Shown here: one piece after another, positions 10,586-19,982 of the stretch
Layout of the letters: every line of letters begins with the position of its first letter
Position numbering within the stretch: position 1 is the stretch's first letter
NCBI GenBank assembly: GCA_035529375.1
Contig: DATKWU010000009.1
Location: 93,848 to 157,847, forward strand
DNA: 64,000 nucleotides
From: Patescibacteria group bacterium
Lineage (GTDB): Bacteria; Patescibacteriota; Microgenomatia; PFEM01; JAHIFH01
Reading direction: 5' to 3'
Translations under genes and position numbers: made by a program
The notes under the pieces: model-generated
Databases searched by the model: none
Told to the model about the DNA's origin: nothing
The model's input: only the letters and a program-made list of their open reading frames with translations

Positions 10586-11826
10586 TTATTTTTAGGAGAA
10601 ATTTTCTTAAAGCCAGTATATTTCTGAAGAACCTTAGGAATTATTACTGAACCATCTCTTTGCTGATAGTTTTCGAGAATCGCTAAAATCATTCTGCCAA
10701 TCGCAAAAGCGGTCCCATTAAGAGTGTGAACAAAGTCTGTTTTACTTCCTTCTCGATATCTAATATTCAATCTTTTGGCTTGGTAGTCGGTACAAGTCGA
10801 AGTTGAGTGGGTTTCTCGATATCTTTTCTCGGCCGGAAACCAACAGTTAACATCATACTTTCTCACTTGGGGATGAGCCAAATCACCAGCGCACATTTTG
10901 GTAATTTGGTAAGGAATTTCTAAAGCCCGAACCAGTTTTTCTTCTAAAGATAATAAATAATCATTTTCTTTTTTGTCGCCATCTTTTTGGGGTTTAATAA
11001 AAGAAAACATCTCCATTTTGTCAAATTGATGAACCCGAAAAATGCCTTTGGTATCCTTTCCATAAGTGCCGGCCTCTCTTCGCAAACAAGTCGAAAAACC
11101 AAGATAACGAAGAGGGAGATTTTTAGCCTCAAGAATTTCATTGGCATGGATTGGTCCGAGTGACTGTTCGGCCGTACCAATCAGATAAAGTTTGTCTTCT
11201 TTAAGATGATAGGTTTGATCTTCACCCCCATGCTCCAGATAACCCATTCCTTTCATCATTTCGTCCTTAATCATGATTGGCGGAACAACAGGAATAAAAC
11301 CTTCCTTAACTAAAACTTCTAAGGCCAATTGAACCAAAGCAAATTCTAGTTGAACCGCTTCATTCTTCAAATAACCAAACCTTGTGCCGGAAACCTTACT
11401 GGCGGTTTTAATGTCAATCAGATCTAATTGTCCACCTAATTGCTGATAGTCTTTGGGTTTAAAACTAAATTTCTTTAGCTTTCCCCATTTTCTGACTTCA
11501 ACATTTTCTGACTCGTCCTTACCTTCAGGAACATCATCGGCCGGCAGATTAGGAATTTCCATGAGAAGATTCTTAAATTCTTCTTCAACCGCCCGAAGAT
11601 CAGGTTCTAACCTTCGGAGCATCTCCTTAATTCTCTTGCCTTTTTCTTTTTCACTCTTTTTCAACTTATTTCTGGCTTGGCGCCACTTGTCGACTTCGGC
11701 CATTAATTGCCTTCGGGTTTCATCTACCTTTAAAACCCGATCAATAATTTTCGCGTCATAGCCTTTTTTCTTGATTCCTTGTTTAACTTTTTCTGGATTT
11801 TCTTTAATGAAATTAATATCTAGCAT
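10582..11826 (-). CDS. serS: Serine--tRNA ligase
   Basis: MLDINFIKEN start, LIGTAE, RREAG...RVHQFDK, HTLNGT. Confidence 0.97.
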   Translation of the reverse strand: MLDINFIKENPEKVKQGIKKKGYDAKIIDRVLKVDETRRQLMAEVDKWRQARNKLKKSEKEKGKRIKEMLRRLEPDLRAVEEEFKNLLMEIPNLPADDVPEGKDESENVEVRKWGKLKKFSFKPKDYQQLGGQLDLIDIKTASKVSGTRFGYLKNEAVQLEFALVQLALEVLVKEGFIPVVPPIMIKDEMMKGMGYLEHGGEDQTYHLKEDKLYLIGTAEQSLGPIHANEILEAKNLPLRYLGFSTCLRREAGTYGKDTKGIFRVHQFDKMEMFSFIKPQKDGDKKENDYLLSLEEKLVRALEIPYQITKMCAGDLAHPQVRKYDVNCWFPAEKRYRETHSTSTCTDYQAKRLNIRYREGSKTDFVHTLNGTAFAIGRMILAILENYQQRDGSVIIPKVLQKYTGFKKISPKNK

Positions 11827-11827
11827 T

Positions 11828-12394
11828 TTAGAGTCCTAAGTCTTGGTTAATCCCTTGCATCGCTCCTAAAGCAATTTTAACAAATTCTTCTAAGGAAATG
11901 TTGAGTTTTTCCTGACACAGCTTGATTTGTTCTCGGTCAACGGCCGCCGCAAAAGATTTGTCTTTCATCTTTTTTAAAACTGATTCCGGTTTGACGCTAG
12001 TAATTTTTTTATCCGGCATCATCAAAGTCGTAGCCACAATCAAACCGGTTAATTCATCACAACAATAAAGAGCCCATTCCATTTTAGTCTGGGGTTTATT
12101 CTTGCCGGTCATCTCGGCATTATGAGACAAAATCGCCTGCAGGATTTCTTCATCAGTTTCACCGGCCTCTTGAAGCCATTGAAACATTAAAAGAGTGTGT
12201 TCTTTTGGTTGGTCCTTGGTTTTTTCGTAATCACCATCATGAAGGAGACCAACCAAACCCCATTTTTCTTGATCGCCATCAAGTTTTTTGGCTAAGGCCC
12301 TCATAACCGCTTCAACGGCATAGCAATGACGCCGCAGATTTTGATTCTCCATGTTTTGCTGAAGAATTTTTAGGGCGGCTTCTCTAATTATCAT
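11828..12394 (-). CDS. HD-domain phosphohydrolase
   Basis: LRRHCYAVEAVM, GLLHDGDYE, DELTGLI, FAAAVDRE. Confidence 0.85.
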   Translation of the reverse strand: MIIREAALKILQQNMENQNLRRHCYAVEAVMRALAKKLDGDQEKWGLVGLLHDGDYEKTKDQPKEHTLLMFQWLQEAGETDEEILQAILSHNAEMTGKNKPQTKMEWALYCCDELTGLIVATTLMMPDKKITSVKPESVLKKMKDKSFAAAVDREQIKLCQEKLNISLEEFVKIALGAMQGINQDLGL

Positions 12395-13872
12395 TGTTTC
12401 TTTCTTTCTGGACGAAGGGTGGGAAATAAAATGACGTCACGAATATTTTGATTATTAGTCATCAACATCACCATCCGGTCAATTCCTAAACCCAAACCGC
12501 CGGTCGGTGGCATCCCATACTCCATGGCCTCAATATAGGGTTGGTCCATGGGATGGGCTTCTTTGTCTCCAGATTTAGCCGCTTTAACCTGTTCTTCAAA
12601 AAACTCTTTTTGGATTAAGGGATTATTCAATTCACTGTAAGCATTGCCTAACTCGAAACCGGCGGTGTAAGGTTCAAATCTCTCAATGATAGTTGGCTCA
12701 TCTTCTTTTTGCTTACTCAGAGCTGAAGTTTCCCTGGGAAAATCATAAACAAAAGTGGGCTGGATGAGATAAGGTTCCACTAATTCAAAAAGAGTAGCAA
12801 TCGCCACCCCGCGATTAAAACCAGCTGCTACACCGCTTAGAGTTGGTTTTTCTTCTACTTCCAGATTATGCTTTTCTAGTAATTTTTTTATCTCTTGATC
12901 AGACAGTTTGTCGACATCAATCTTGGCATATTCTTTTAAGCCTTCTTTCATTGTCATTCTTTTCCAGGGCGTTTTAAAATCGATGAGGTTCTCACCAAAT
13001 TTGACTTTAGTGGTCCCCAAAACTTTGCGGGCCACAAAAGCATAAAGCTCTTCTGTTAATTTCATGATGTCATGGTAATCAGCATAGGCCCAATAACATT
13101 CCATTTGGGTAAACTCGGGATTATGGATCCGGTCAATGCCTTCGTTTCTAAAATCCTTATCAATTTCATAAACTTTTTCAAAACCGCTAACAATCAAGCG
13201 CTTGAGATAAAGCTCATCTGAAATCTTCAGATAAAAATCATGATCTAGAGTATGATGACGAGTTTTAAAGGGTCGAGCCGTAGCTCCACCATAAATCGGT
13301 TGAAGGGTTGGGGTCTCGACCTCAACAAAACCTTCTTTGTCTAAAAATTCTCTGACCGCCGTCGTAATCTTGGCCCTCATCTCAAAAGTTTTCTTGACCT
13401 GAGGATTCATGATTAAATCCAGATACCTTTTTCGATATCTTTCCTCAACATCTTTTAAACCATGCCATTTTGAAGGTAACGAACGAATTGATTTGGTTAA
13501 TAAATGAAAATCCTCTACAGCAACAGAAGTTTCGCCAGCATCAGTCTTAAAAACCTTTCCTTGAACATCAATAAAATCACCAATATCTAAAAGACTTAAA
13601 AGTTCTGCTTTTTTCCCTTTTATCTTTTCTGATTTAAAAACTAATTGGATTTTGGCTGATTCATCTTGAAGATCAAAAAACTGAATACCACCATGACCCC
13701 GAACAGACATCACTCTCCCGGCCACGGCTACTTTTTTGCTCATCATCTTTAAAGACTGGGCAACTGTTTGTTCTCTTTGACAACGAGCCGGATAAGGGTT
13801 GATTCCTAATTTTTTAATTGCTTCTAATTTTTGGAGACGAATTTTTCTTAATTCTTCAAGAGGTTTAGCCAT
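12391..13872 (-). CDS. lysS: Lysine--tRNA ligase (class II)
   Basis: GGATARPF, FRNEG...HNPEFT, YGMPPTGGLGLGIDR. Confidence 0.97.
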   Translation of the reverse strand: MAKPLEELRKIRLQKLEAIKKLGINPYPARCQREQTVAQSLKMMSKKVAVAGRVMSVRGHGGIQFFDLQDESAKIQLVFKSEKIKGKKAELLSLLDIGDFIDVQGKVFKTDAGETSVAVEDFHLLTKSIRSLPSKWHGLKDVEERYRKRYLDLIMNPQVKKTFEMRAKITTAVREFLDKEGFVEVETPTLQPIYGGATARPFKTRHHTLDHDFYLKISDELYLKRLIVSGFEKVYEIDKDFRNEGIDRIHNPEFTQMECYWAYADYHDIMKLTEELYAFVARKVLGTTKVKFGENLIDFKTPWKRMTMKEGLKEYAKIDVDKLSDQEIKKLLEKHNLEVEEKPTLSGVAAGFNRGVAIATLFELVEPYLIQPTFVYDFPRETSALSKQKEDEPTIIERFEPYTAGFELGNAYSELNNPLIQKEFFEEQVKAAKSGDKEAHPMDQPYIEAMEYGMPPTGGLGLGIDRMVMLMTNNQNIRDVILFPTLRPERKKQ

Positions 13873-13907
13873 CTTGGCTTAGAGTGTATCATAAAAGAAG
13901 ATGAGGC

Positions 13908-14381
13908 TCAATTAATTCCTTTGATCGTGTAAATAATCTTTCCAGCCGGAGCTTCAACTTCTATCTTGTCGCCGACTTGTCTACCTAGGAGTGACTGACC
14001 TAGAGGTGACTTATGAGAGATTCTCATTGAAGCCGGATCAGCTTCCCATTCACCCACTAGATGAAAAGATTGATTCTTGCCATTAAACTCAACGGTTACC
14101 TTACAACCCAAATTAACTTTATCTGACCCTCCGTCTTTTTGATTAATAATTTGGGCATTATTAATTACCTCTCCCAGCTCACTGATTTTTCCATCAATAA
14201 AAGCCAGGTTCTGTTTGGCCTGAATATGTTCATTATCTTCAGTCAGATCACCAATCGTTCTGGTCTCGGCCACTCTTTGAACCGCTTCCAGTCTCTTGGT
14301 ATTAACCAATTCACCGTATTCTTTTTTAATTCCCTCTAGACCTTCTTTGGTGATGGGAATTTTATTTTGATTATTGTCCAT
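13908..14381 (-). CDS. greA: Transcription elongation factor GreA
   Basis: ITKEG, GDLTEDNE coiled-coil tip, ISHKSPLGQSLLG, VEAPAG; upstream of lysS. Confidence 0.92.
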   Translation of the reverse strand: MDNNQNKIPITKEGLEGIKKEYGELVNTKRLEAVQRVAETRTIGDLTEDNEHIQAKQNLAFIDGKISELGEVINNAQIINQKDGGSDKVNLGCKVTVEFNGKNQSFHLVGEWEADPASMRISHKSPLGQSLLGRQVGDKIEVEAPAGKIIYTIKGIN

Positions 14382-14511
14382 ATAATTCAGAAACTTCCTT
14401 ATTTTTAATTAATTTAGGGCACCGGCAGTTGGAGATTCAACGTCTCTGATAATAAAGTATTTTAGCATTATCTGTCAACAGGCCTATAGAGAAGAGATGA
14501 GGCAATTTCGG

Positions 14512-14584
14512 TGACCCCATGGGGATTTGAACCCCAGTTTCCAGGATGAGAACCTGATGTCCTAGGCCACTAGACGATGGGGCC
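14512..14584 (-). tRNA. tRNA-Glu(CTC); CCA not encoded
   Basis: GGCCCCA/TGGGGTC acceptor stem, TCAGG-TTCTCAT-CCTGG anticodon arm, GGTTCAAATCC T-arm; followed by CCG. Confidence 0.95.
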
Positions 14585-14636
14585 AGACAAACCTAATTTT
14601 AGCTTAAAATAAGAAGAAAAACAAGAAATTCAAAAC

Positions 14637-14671
14637 AACAAAAAACCCACCTTTTCGGTGAGTTCTTTGTT
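14637..14671. terminator. Intrinsic-terminator-like hairpin
   Basis: AACAAAAAACCCACC-TTTTC-GGTGAGTTCTTTGTT, an imperfect inverted repeat with A/T tails. Confidence 0.5.
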
Positions 14672-14892
14672 AGTAAGGAAACGCAACGTCTGAATGAGAA
14701 ATAAGATAGATGGGGAGAGACTCCGGAGAGTCTCTCCTTCCGACGAAAGTATCACACAGCACTACAAAGTGAGGAGGTATTCTTTTTTTTCTAGATCGTC
14801 TTAGGTGAAAATCTCCTCCTTTCTCACTGCGAAAGATCTTCCGGAAACAACCAGTCCTACTTCACTCGTCCGTTGCCAGGGCCAGGCGCCGC

Positions 14893-15012
14893 CTATGGCT
14901 CGTTGTGCGGCGTGTGCCCGGGGACGGAGGCGTCCACGTCCACGATGCTGCGGCTTGATGTTACAGCAATCAACGTCGTCACGACACAGGGAGATCCACG
15001 ACACATACTCAT
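14893..15012 (-). CDS. Possible 39-aa small protein (MSMCRGSPCVV...HNEP) in a GC-rich island
   Basis: ATG preceded by AGGTAGGAG. No recognisable family; the region may instead be a structured RNA. Confidence 0.25.
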   Translation of the reverse strand: MSMCRGSPCVVTTLIAVTSSRSIVDVDASVPGHTPHNEP

Positions 15013-15290
15013 CTTGCTTCTCCTACCTCTTCTCTGTTCTGTGCCAGTGAGAGATCTGACAAAAAATACCCTTTCTTCCTCCTTTCTTCTCTCATTAATA
15101 GCGAACGGCAAGCTGGATACAACCTTGATTATACCCAATCTGCCACTCACTATTCTTTTGAGAAAGAAAGTTAGAACGTCACGTTTCCTTTTTTAAAGTA
15201 CTGCCTTTTATCTTTTTTTTCTGCTTTTTTAGAAAAAGGATTATAGGCTGTTTCTAGTATAAAATATTTGTTTCTGTTTGTCAAGAAATT

Positions 15291-17729
15291 TCAAGAAGCA
15301 AGAGAAACCGTTCGAGAAGGGATGTTTCTGGTAATTTTTTTAGGTCTTTTTCTGGTTGTTTTGGTCTTTAAAACAATTCCCAAAACCTCATCCATATGTT
15401 CAGCAAATTTAAACTTAATATCTTTCTTGACTTTAGTAGGAATTTCTTCTAAATCCTTTTTATTGTCTTTGGGAAGAACGACTGTCTTTAAACCAGCTCG
15501 ATGAGCGGCAATGACTTTTTCTTTAATACCGCCGACTTCTAAAACCCGACCTCTTAAAGTAATCTCACCGGTCATCCCTACATCTCGCCTTACCGGAATC
15601 TTAGTAAAGGCGGAAACTAAGGCCGCCGTAATCGCCACCCCGGCTGAAGGTCCATCTTTAGGCACCGCCCCTTCGGGAATATGAACATGGGTATCAATTT
15701 CTTTGTAAAAATCTTCTCTTAACTGCAAAGGCTGCCAGCGACTCCTGACATAAGAAAGAGCGGCCTTACCAGATTCTTTCATTACCTTGCCTAGTTTTCC
15801 AGTCAAGAGCAATCTGCCTTTACCCGGCATCAGGGCCACTTCAATTAAAATAATATCGCCGCCTGCTTGGGTATAAGCCAAACCAGTGGCCATTCCAATT
15901 TGATCTTCTTTTTCAATCATTGTTTCTGAATATTTTCTGGGTCCAAGATGTTTGACTACATCCGCTTTAATGACTGTTCCTTTAACTCTTTTCTTTTCCG
16001 CTTCTTTGCGAGCAATTTTCCGGCAAATGGTGGCCAGGTTTCGCTCTAATTCTCGGACACCCGCTTCCCGAGTATAACGATTAATCACTTCACTAAGGGC
16101 GCTATCAGCAAGCTTGATTTTCTTTTTATCCAGACCATTAGCTCTTAATTGTTTTTGCCAAAGGAATTTTTTGGCAATATTGAATTTTTCCTCTTCGGTA
16201 TAACCTGGAAAGCGAATAATTTCCATTCTGTCTCTAAGAGCTGGTGGAATCGTGTCTAAAATATTACCGGTAGTAATAAACATTACTTTGGAAAGATCAA
16301 AGGGCACTTCCAAATAATTGTCCGAGAATTCATAGTTCTGCTCTGGATCAAGAGCTTCTAACAAAGCGGCTGAAGGATCGCCCCGAAAGTCAATCCCGAC
16401 TTTATCAATTTCATCTAACATGAAGACAGGATTATTGGTGCTCGCGTTCTTAATACCTTGAATAATCCGTCCGGGCATGGCCCCAACATAAGTCCGGCGA
16501 TGACCCCGAATTTCGGCCTCATCCCGAGTCCCACCCAAAGACATTCGAACAAACTTTCTTCCTAAGGATCGAGCAATTGATCTACCGATTGAAGTTTTGC
16601 CGACTCCAGGTGGCCCAATGAAACAAAGAATCGTTGGTCCCCCAATCTCTTCTTCCTTTTTTCTGCCTTTTTTGGGATGTTTTTTATTCTTTTCCTTTAA
16701 CTTCATCACCGCCAAATATTCGACTACCCTCTCTTTAGCTTTTTTCAAACCATAATGATCTTCTTCCAAAACTTTAGCCGCTTTGGTAATCGAGTGTTTA
16801 TTAGGCGAAGATTTGGCCCAAGGCATTTCCGTTAACCAATCGAGATAAGTTCGGATATAGCCAACCTCTGGGTGATTAGGATTAAGTTTGCTTAAACGCT
16901 TCAGTTCTTGCTTGGCTTTTTCTTTGACCTCTTTAGGCATTTTCGCTTTTTTAATTTTCACTTCGTATTCCTTCATCTCCGTGTCTTCTTCACTAATCTC
17001 ACCTAATTCTTCTTCAATCGTTTTCTTCCTTTCCCTTAAAATCGCTTCCCGCATGGTTTTGTCAAACTTTTTCTGGGTTTTGGAAGCAATGGCTTTTTCC
17101 AAATCTAAAACTTTAATTTCGTGAGAAAGATATTCAGTCACCTTTTCCAAACGAAGCCGGACATCCGTCAACTCCAAAAGTTTTTGCTTTTTATCAGTTT
17201 CCAGATCAAGAACATAGGCCACTTGATCCGCCAATTCAGCCGGATTAACCCCGCTCATTAAGCGAATAATTACCCGGGCATCAACGGACTTACCCAGATT
17301 AATAGCTCTTTGAAAATCATTAAGAAGATTTTTATAGAGGGCTTTAACTTCACTAGAATCCTCCGCAATATCATTAACTTCAGAAACACTCCCAATCAAA
17401 AAAGGTTCTTTAGTTTGCAAAGACTCTAAACGTACCTTAACCAAGCCTCGGATTAAAGCATGCTTTAGTTTCTTGTCTTCAAGAACGTCTTCAATCCTAG
17501 CCACGGTCCCGATGCGATAAAGATCATCAATATCGGGATCATGGACTCGGGAATCTTTTTGAGTAAAAAGACAAATCAAGCGATTACTCTTAAAAGCGGC
17601 TTTGATCGCCGCTAATGATTTGGACCGGCCAAAAGTTAAAGTCATTTCGGCATGAGGAAAAATGACGCCTTGGCGAATGGCCACAACTGGAATAATTTTT
17701 TCTTGATTGTTATTAAATAAAACCGTCAT
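15291..17729 (-). CDS. lon: ATP-dependent Lon protease
   Basis: GPPGVGKTS, RGHRRTYVGAMPG, catalytic PKDGPSAG, GGIKEK. Confidence 0.98.
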   Translation of the reverse strand: MTVLFNNNQEKIIPVVAIRQGVIFPHAEMTLTFGRSKSLAAIKAAFKSNRLICLFTQKDSRVHDPDIDDLYRIGTVARIEDVLEDKKLKHALIRGLVKVRLESLQTKEPFLIGSVSEVNDIAEDSSEVKALYKNLLNDFQRAINLGKSVDARVIIRLMSGVNPAELADQVAYVLDLETDKKQKLLELTDVRLRLEKVTEYLSHEIKVLDLEKAIASKTQKKFDKTMREAILRERKKTIEEELGEISEEDTEMKEYEVKIKKAKMPKEVKEKAKQELKRLSKLNPNHPEVGYIRTYLDWLTEMPWAKSSPNKHSITKAAKVLEEDHYGLKKAKERVVEYLAVMKLKEKNKKHPKKGRKKEEEIGGPTILCFIGPPGVGKTSIGRSIARSLGRKFVRMSLGGTRDEAEIRGHRRTYVGAMPGRIIQGIKNASTNNPVFMLDEIDKVGIDFRGDPSAALLEALDPEQNYEFSDNYLEVPFDLSKVMFITTGNILDTIPPALRDRMEIIRFPGYTEEEKFNIAKKFLWQKQLRANGLDKKKIKLADSALSEVINRYTREAGVRELERNLATICRKIARKEAEKKRVKGTVIKADVVKHLGPRKYSETMIEKEDQIGMATGLAYTQAGGDIILIEVALMPGKGRLLLTGKLGKVMKESGKAALSYVRSRWQPLQLREDFYKEIDTHVHIPEGAVPKDGPSAGVAITAALVSAFTKIPVRRDVGMTGEITLRGRVLEVGGIKEKVIAAHRAGLKTVVLPKDNKKDLEEIPTKVKKDIKFKFAEHMDEVLGIVLKTKTTRKRPKKITRNIPSRTVSLAS

Positions 17730-17794
17730 CTTTAAAATTTACCTTTATCTTTAGCAATCTAACAAAAGGTCTGCTAAATGTCAACCCCTAAATT

Positions 17795-18499
17795 CTATTG
17801 GTGAATGACAACCTTGGTTCCGGGGTTGCCTTTAGAAGGATAAACCACATTCACCCCCTGGGGAACTGAAGGTGAAGTCCAATAAAAGAGTTTTTCGGCA
17901 TCAGGCGTCGCCATGTTAACACAACCATGACTCATCGGATGACCAAAATTATTGTGCCAATAAGTTCCGTGGAGACCAAAACCCTTGTAGAAGTATTGAG
18001 TATAAGGGACATTCGGCAGGTAATAATAAGTGCCGGTTCCCCTAACGCCTCCAGACATCTTGGTGTATCTCAACTTAATCCAAACCCTAAATTCACCAGT
18101 GGGTGTTGGCGCCCATTTACCAGTGGAAACCAAAAACTCATAAACAATCTTATCACCTTCATGGGCATAAAGTTTTTGATCAGAAAGATCAATCTCAATC
18201 CAACGATAATCATCCGTCGCCCCTAAAACCACTCCTTCTTGTTGTTTTAAAGCTTCGGGATTAGGAATTAACTTAGCCATTTTAGTTTCCACTGGCTGAC
18301 CATTAAAAATAGCAACCTCATCTATTTCTTCATATTCACCGTTTGCCTCAGCCGAAGGCAAGCCACAACCACAAGATCGTTCAAGAATAAATTGTCTTGC
18401 CGAAAAAAACAGAACTCCCCCAGCAATAACAGCCGCAATCGGAAGACCAAACAAAAACAGTTTATTAATTTTAGAAATTTTTAATAAAAGCTTCATCAA
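17795..18499 (-). CDS. L,D-transpeptidase (YkuD family)
   Basis: IEIDLSDQKL, VSTG..PTPTG, catalytic LHGTYWH...SHGCVNM. Confidence 0.92.
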   Translation of the reverse strand: MMKLLLKISKINKLFLFGLPIAAVIAGGVLFFSARQFILERSCGCGLPSAEANGEYEEIDEVAIFNGQPVETKMAKLIPNPEALKQQEGVVLGATDDYRWIEIDLSDQKLYAHEGDKIVYEFLVSTGKWAPTPTGEFRVWIKLRYTKMSGGVRGTGTYYYLPNVPYTQYFYKGFGLHGTYWHNNFGHPMSHGCVNMATPDAEKLFYWTSPSVPQGVNVVYPSKGNPGTKVVIHQ

Positions 18500-18562
18500 A
18501 AAAATAGTAACATAAAATATTTTTTGTTTCTAGGTTTAAAAAATGATAAAATTGAAACATAT

Positions 18563-18636
18563 TGCGGGGTGGTGTAATGGTAGCACTGATGGCCCTGGAC
18601 CATCCGATCTAGGTTCGAATCCTAGCCCCGCAGCCA
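18563..18636 (+). tRNA. tRNA-Gln(CTG) with encoded CCA; anchor of the cassette array
   Basis: TGCGGGG/CCCCGCA acceptor stem, GATGG-CCCTGGA-CCATC anticodon arm, CTAGG-TTCGAAT-CCTAG T-arm, G73-CCA. Confidence 0.93.
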
Positions 18637-18672
18637 AGATGGGCAACCTTGTGATGGAGCTCTCTTTCTAAA

Positions 18673-19821
18673 ATGAAAATATTATTAATAGACTGCGATA
18701 CTAAAATCGAAAAGGCGCTATCAGCTATGGGAGCTCGGGTATCTGTTGGAACCCTAGGTTTCGAGAGTGGTGAAAGATATATACCAGTCGCATTATATGA
18801 ACAAGACATTATCGTCTTTAATCCATCTAGTGTCTCATTTATTGAAGATGAAATTGTTGAGGAAAAAGAGGGAAAACTATACTTTCCATCAATCAAGATG
18901 ACAGGCCCTCTAGTAACGCGAGACGACATGAATGATTTTTTCGACAAAGGAGGGGTGTTTATTGTTTTCTATAATCCTTTAGTAGCCGACATTAAAAAGG
19001 AGATGGCTATTTATGAATGGCTTACTAATCAGATCATTGCAGAACCCAGCAATGATAGGGATTTAACAAAAGTAATGTTTCCCGACGATGATGAATATAT
19101 TCCATTCAAGTCATTGTTGAGAGATTTTACACCCAAAATTCCGGTTGAAAGAAAATTGTATTATATTGATGAAAAATTATATCCTAGGGTTCTCATTAAA
19201 AATATTCGAAATGATAAGATTGCCATTTTTGCTAAGAAATCGGATGGGCTTATTATTGCACTGCCTACATACGAAAAAAATAACGATGTAATTAAGCACA
19301 TAGTGAGTTATGTATATCCTCAGTTATATGAAATTGAACCAAAACTACCTAAAATATTGGATGTTAAGAAATCTCAATTACAGTTGGAATTGGAGGATGA
19401 GAGAAATAAAAAACAACAAATCATAGACAATACCCAAAAAAAGATTGAGGACATTAATAGCAAAATAATAAATGAAACCTTGAGAATAGAGAAACTTACG
19501 ACAACCGACCCTACAGCAGTTGTAATATTGGGATATCTAAACGACATTCTTGATGATCCGAAAGATAGTTTCCATGCAGCTTATAAAATAACTGAAAAGT
19601 TATCAGAAATTTACGGAGGTGATAACGCTGCGAAAACTAAACTGAATATAAACAGAGGGTTTAATTTTATACGTAGAATATCGAATGAGGCATTTAGAGA
19701 CACTCGGCATACTCCAAAACAAAATGAAGTGATAAAACCGCCCACGCCTGAAGAAAATAAAAAGCTTGTGGAGAATTCTATTGTTATTGTAAGAAAGTAT
19801 ATAGAAGAGCTGACTCAATAA
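18673..19821 (+). CDS. Hypothetical protein with coiled coil and possible C-terminal HEPN-like R..H motif
   Basis: 382-aa ORF ending ...AYKITEKL..GG...RRISN...RDTRH. Confidence 0.7.
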   Translation: MKILLIDCDTKIEKALSAMGARVSVGTLGFESGERYIPVALYEQDIIVFNPSSVSFIEDEIVEEKEGKLYFPSIKMTGPLVTRDDMNDFFDKGGVFIVFYNPLVADIKKEMAIYEWLTNQIIAEPSNDRDLTKVMFPDDDEYIPFKSLLRDFTPKIPVERKLYYIDEKLYPRVLIKNIRNDKIAIFAKKSDGLIIALPTYEKNNDVIKHIVSYVYPQLYEIEPKLPKILDVKKSQLQLELEDERNKKQQIIDNTQKKIEDINSKIINETLRIEKLTTTDPTAVVILGYLNDILDDPKDSFHAAYKITEKLSEIYGGDNAAKTKLNINRGFNFIRRISNEAFRDTRHTPKQNEVIKPPTPEENKKLVENSIVIVRKYIEELTQ

Positions 19822-19852
19822 AGGCTTTGAAATATAGATCAACATGGTGAGA

Positions 19853-19891
19853 GTTATAAGGTCTAGACGGGGGCAGACCGGTATGCTCAGC
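19853..19891 (+). repeat. Family A site A1
   Basis: GTTATAAGGTCTAGACGGGGGCAGACCGGTATGCTCAGC. Confidence 0.8.
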
Positions 19892-19982
19892 AAAATTTAT
19901 AGAAGTTCCGATCGACCGAGGGTTCTCTTTTAAAAATTAATCAACTGAGAAAATTTCGGAATGAAAAAAGAATAATAATTCT

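Noticed and set aside
14801-15196. Overlapping ORFs 14801-15004, 14805-15050 and 14873-15196 as ribosomal or other proteins
   Set aside because: No recognisable family; several open frames are expected in a locally GC-rich patch.
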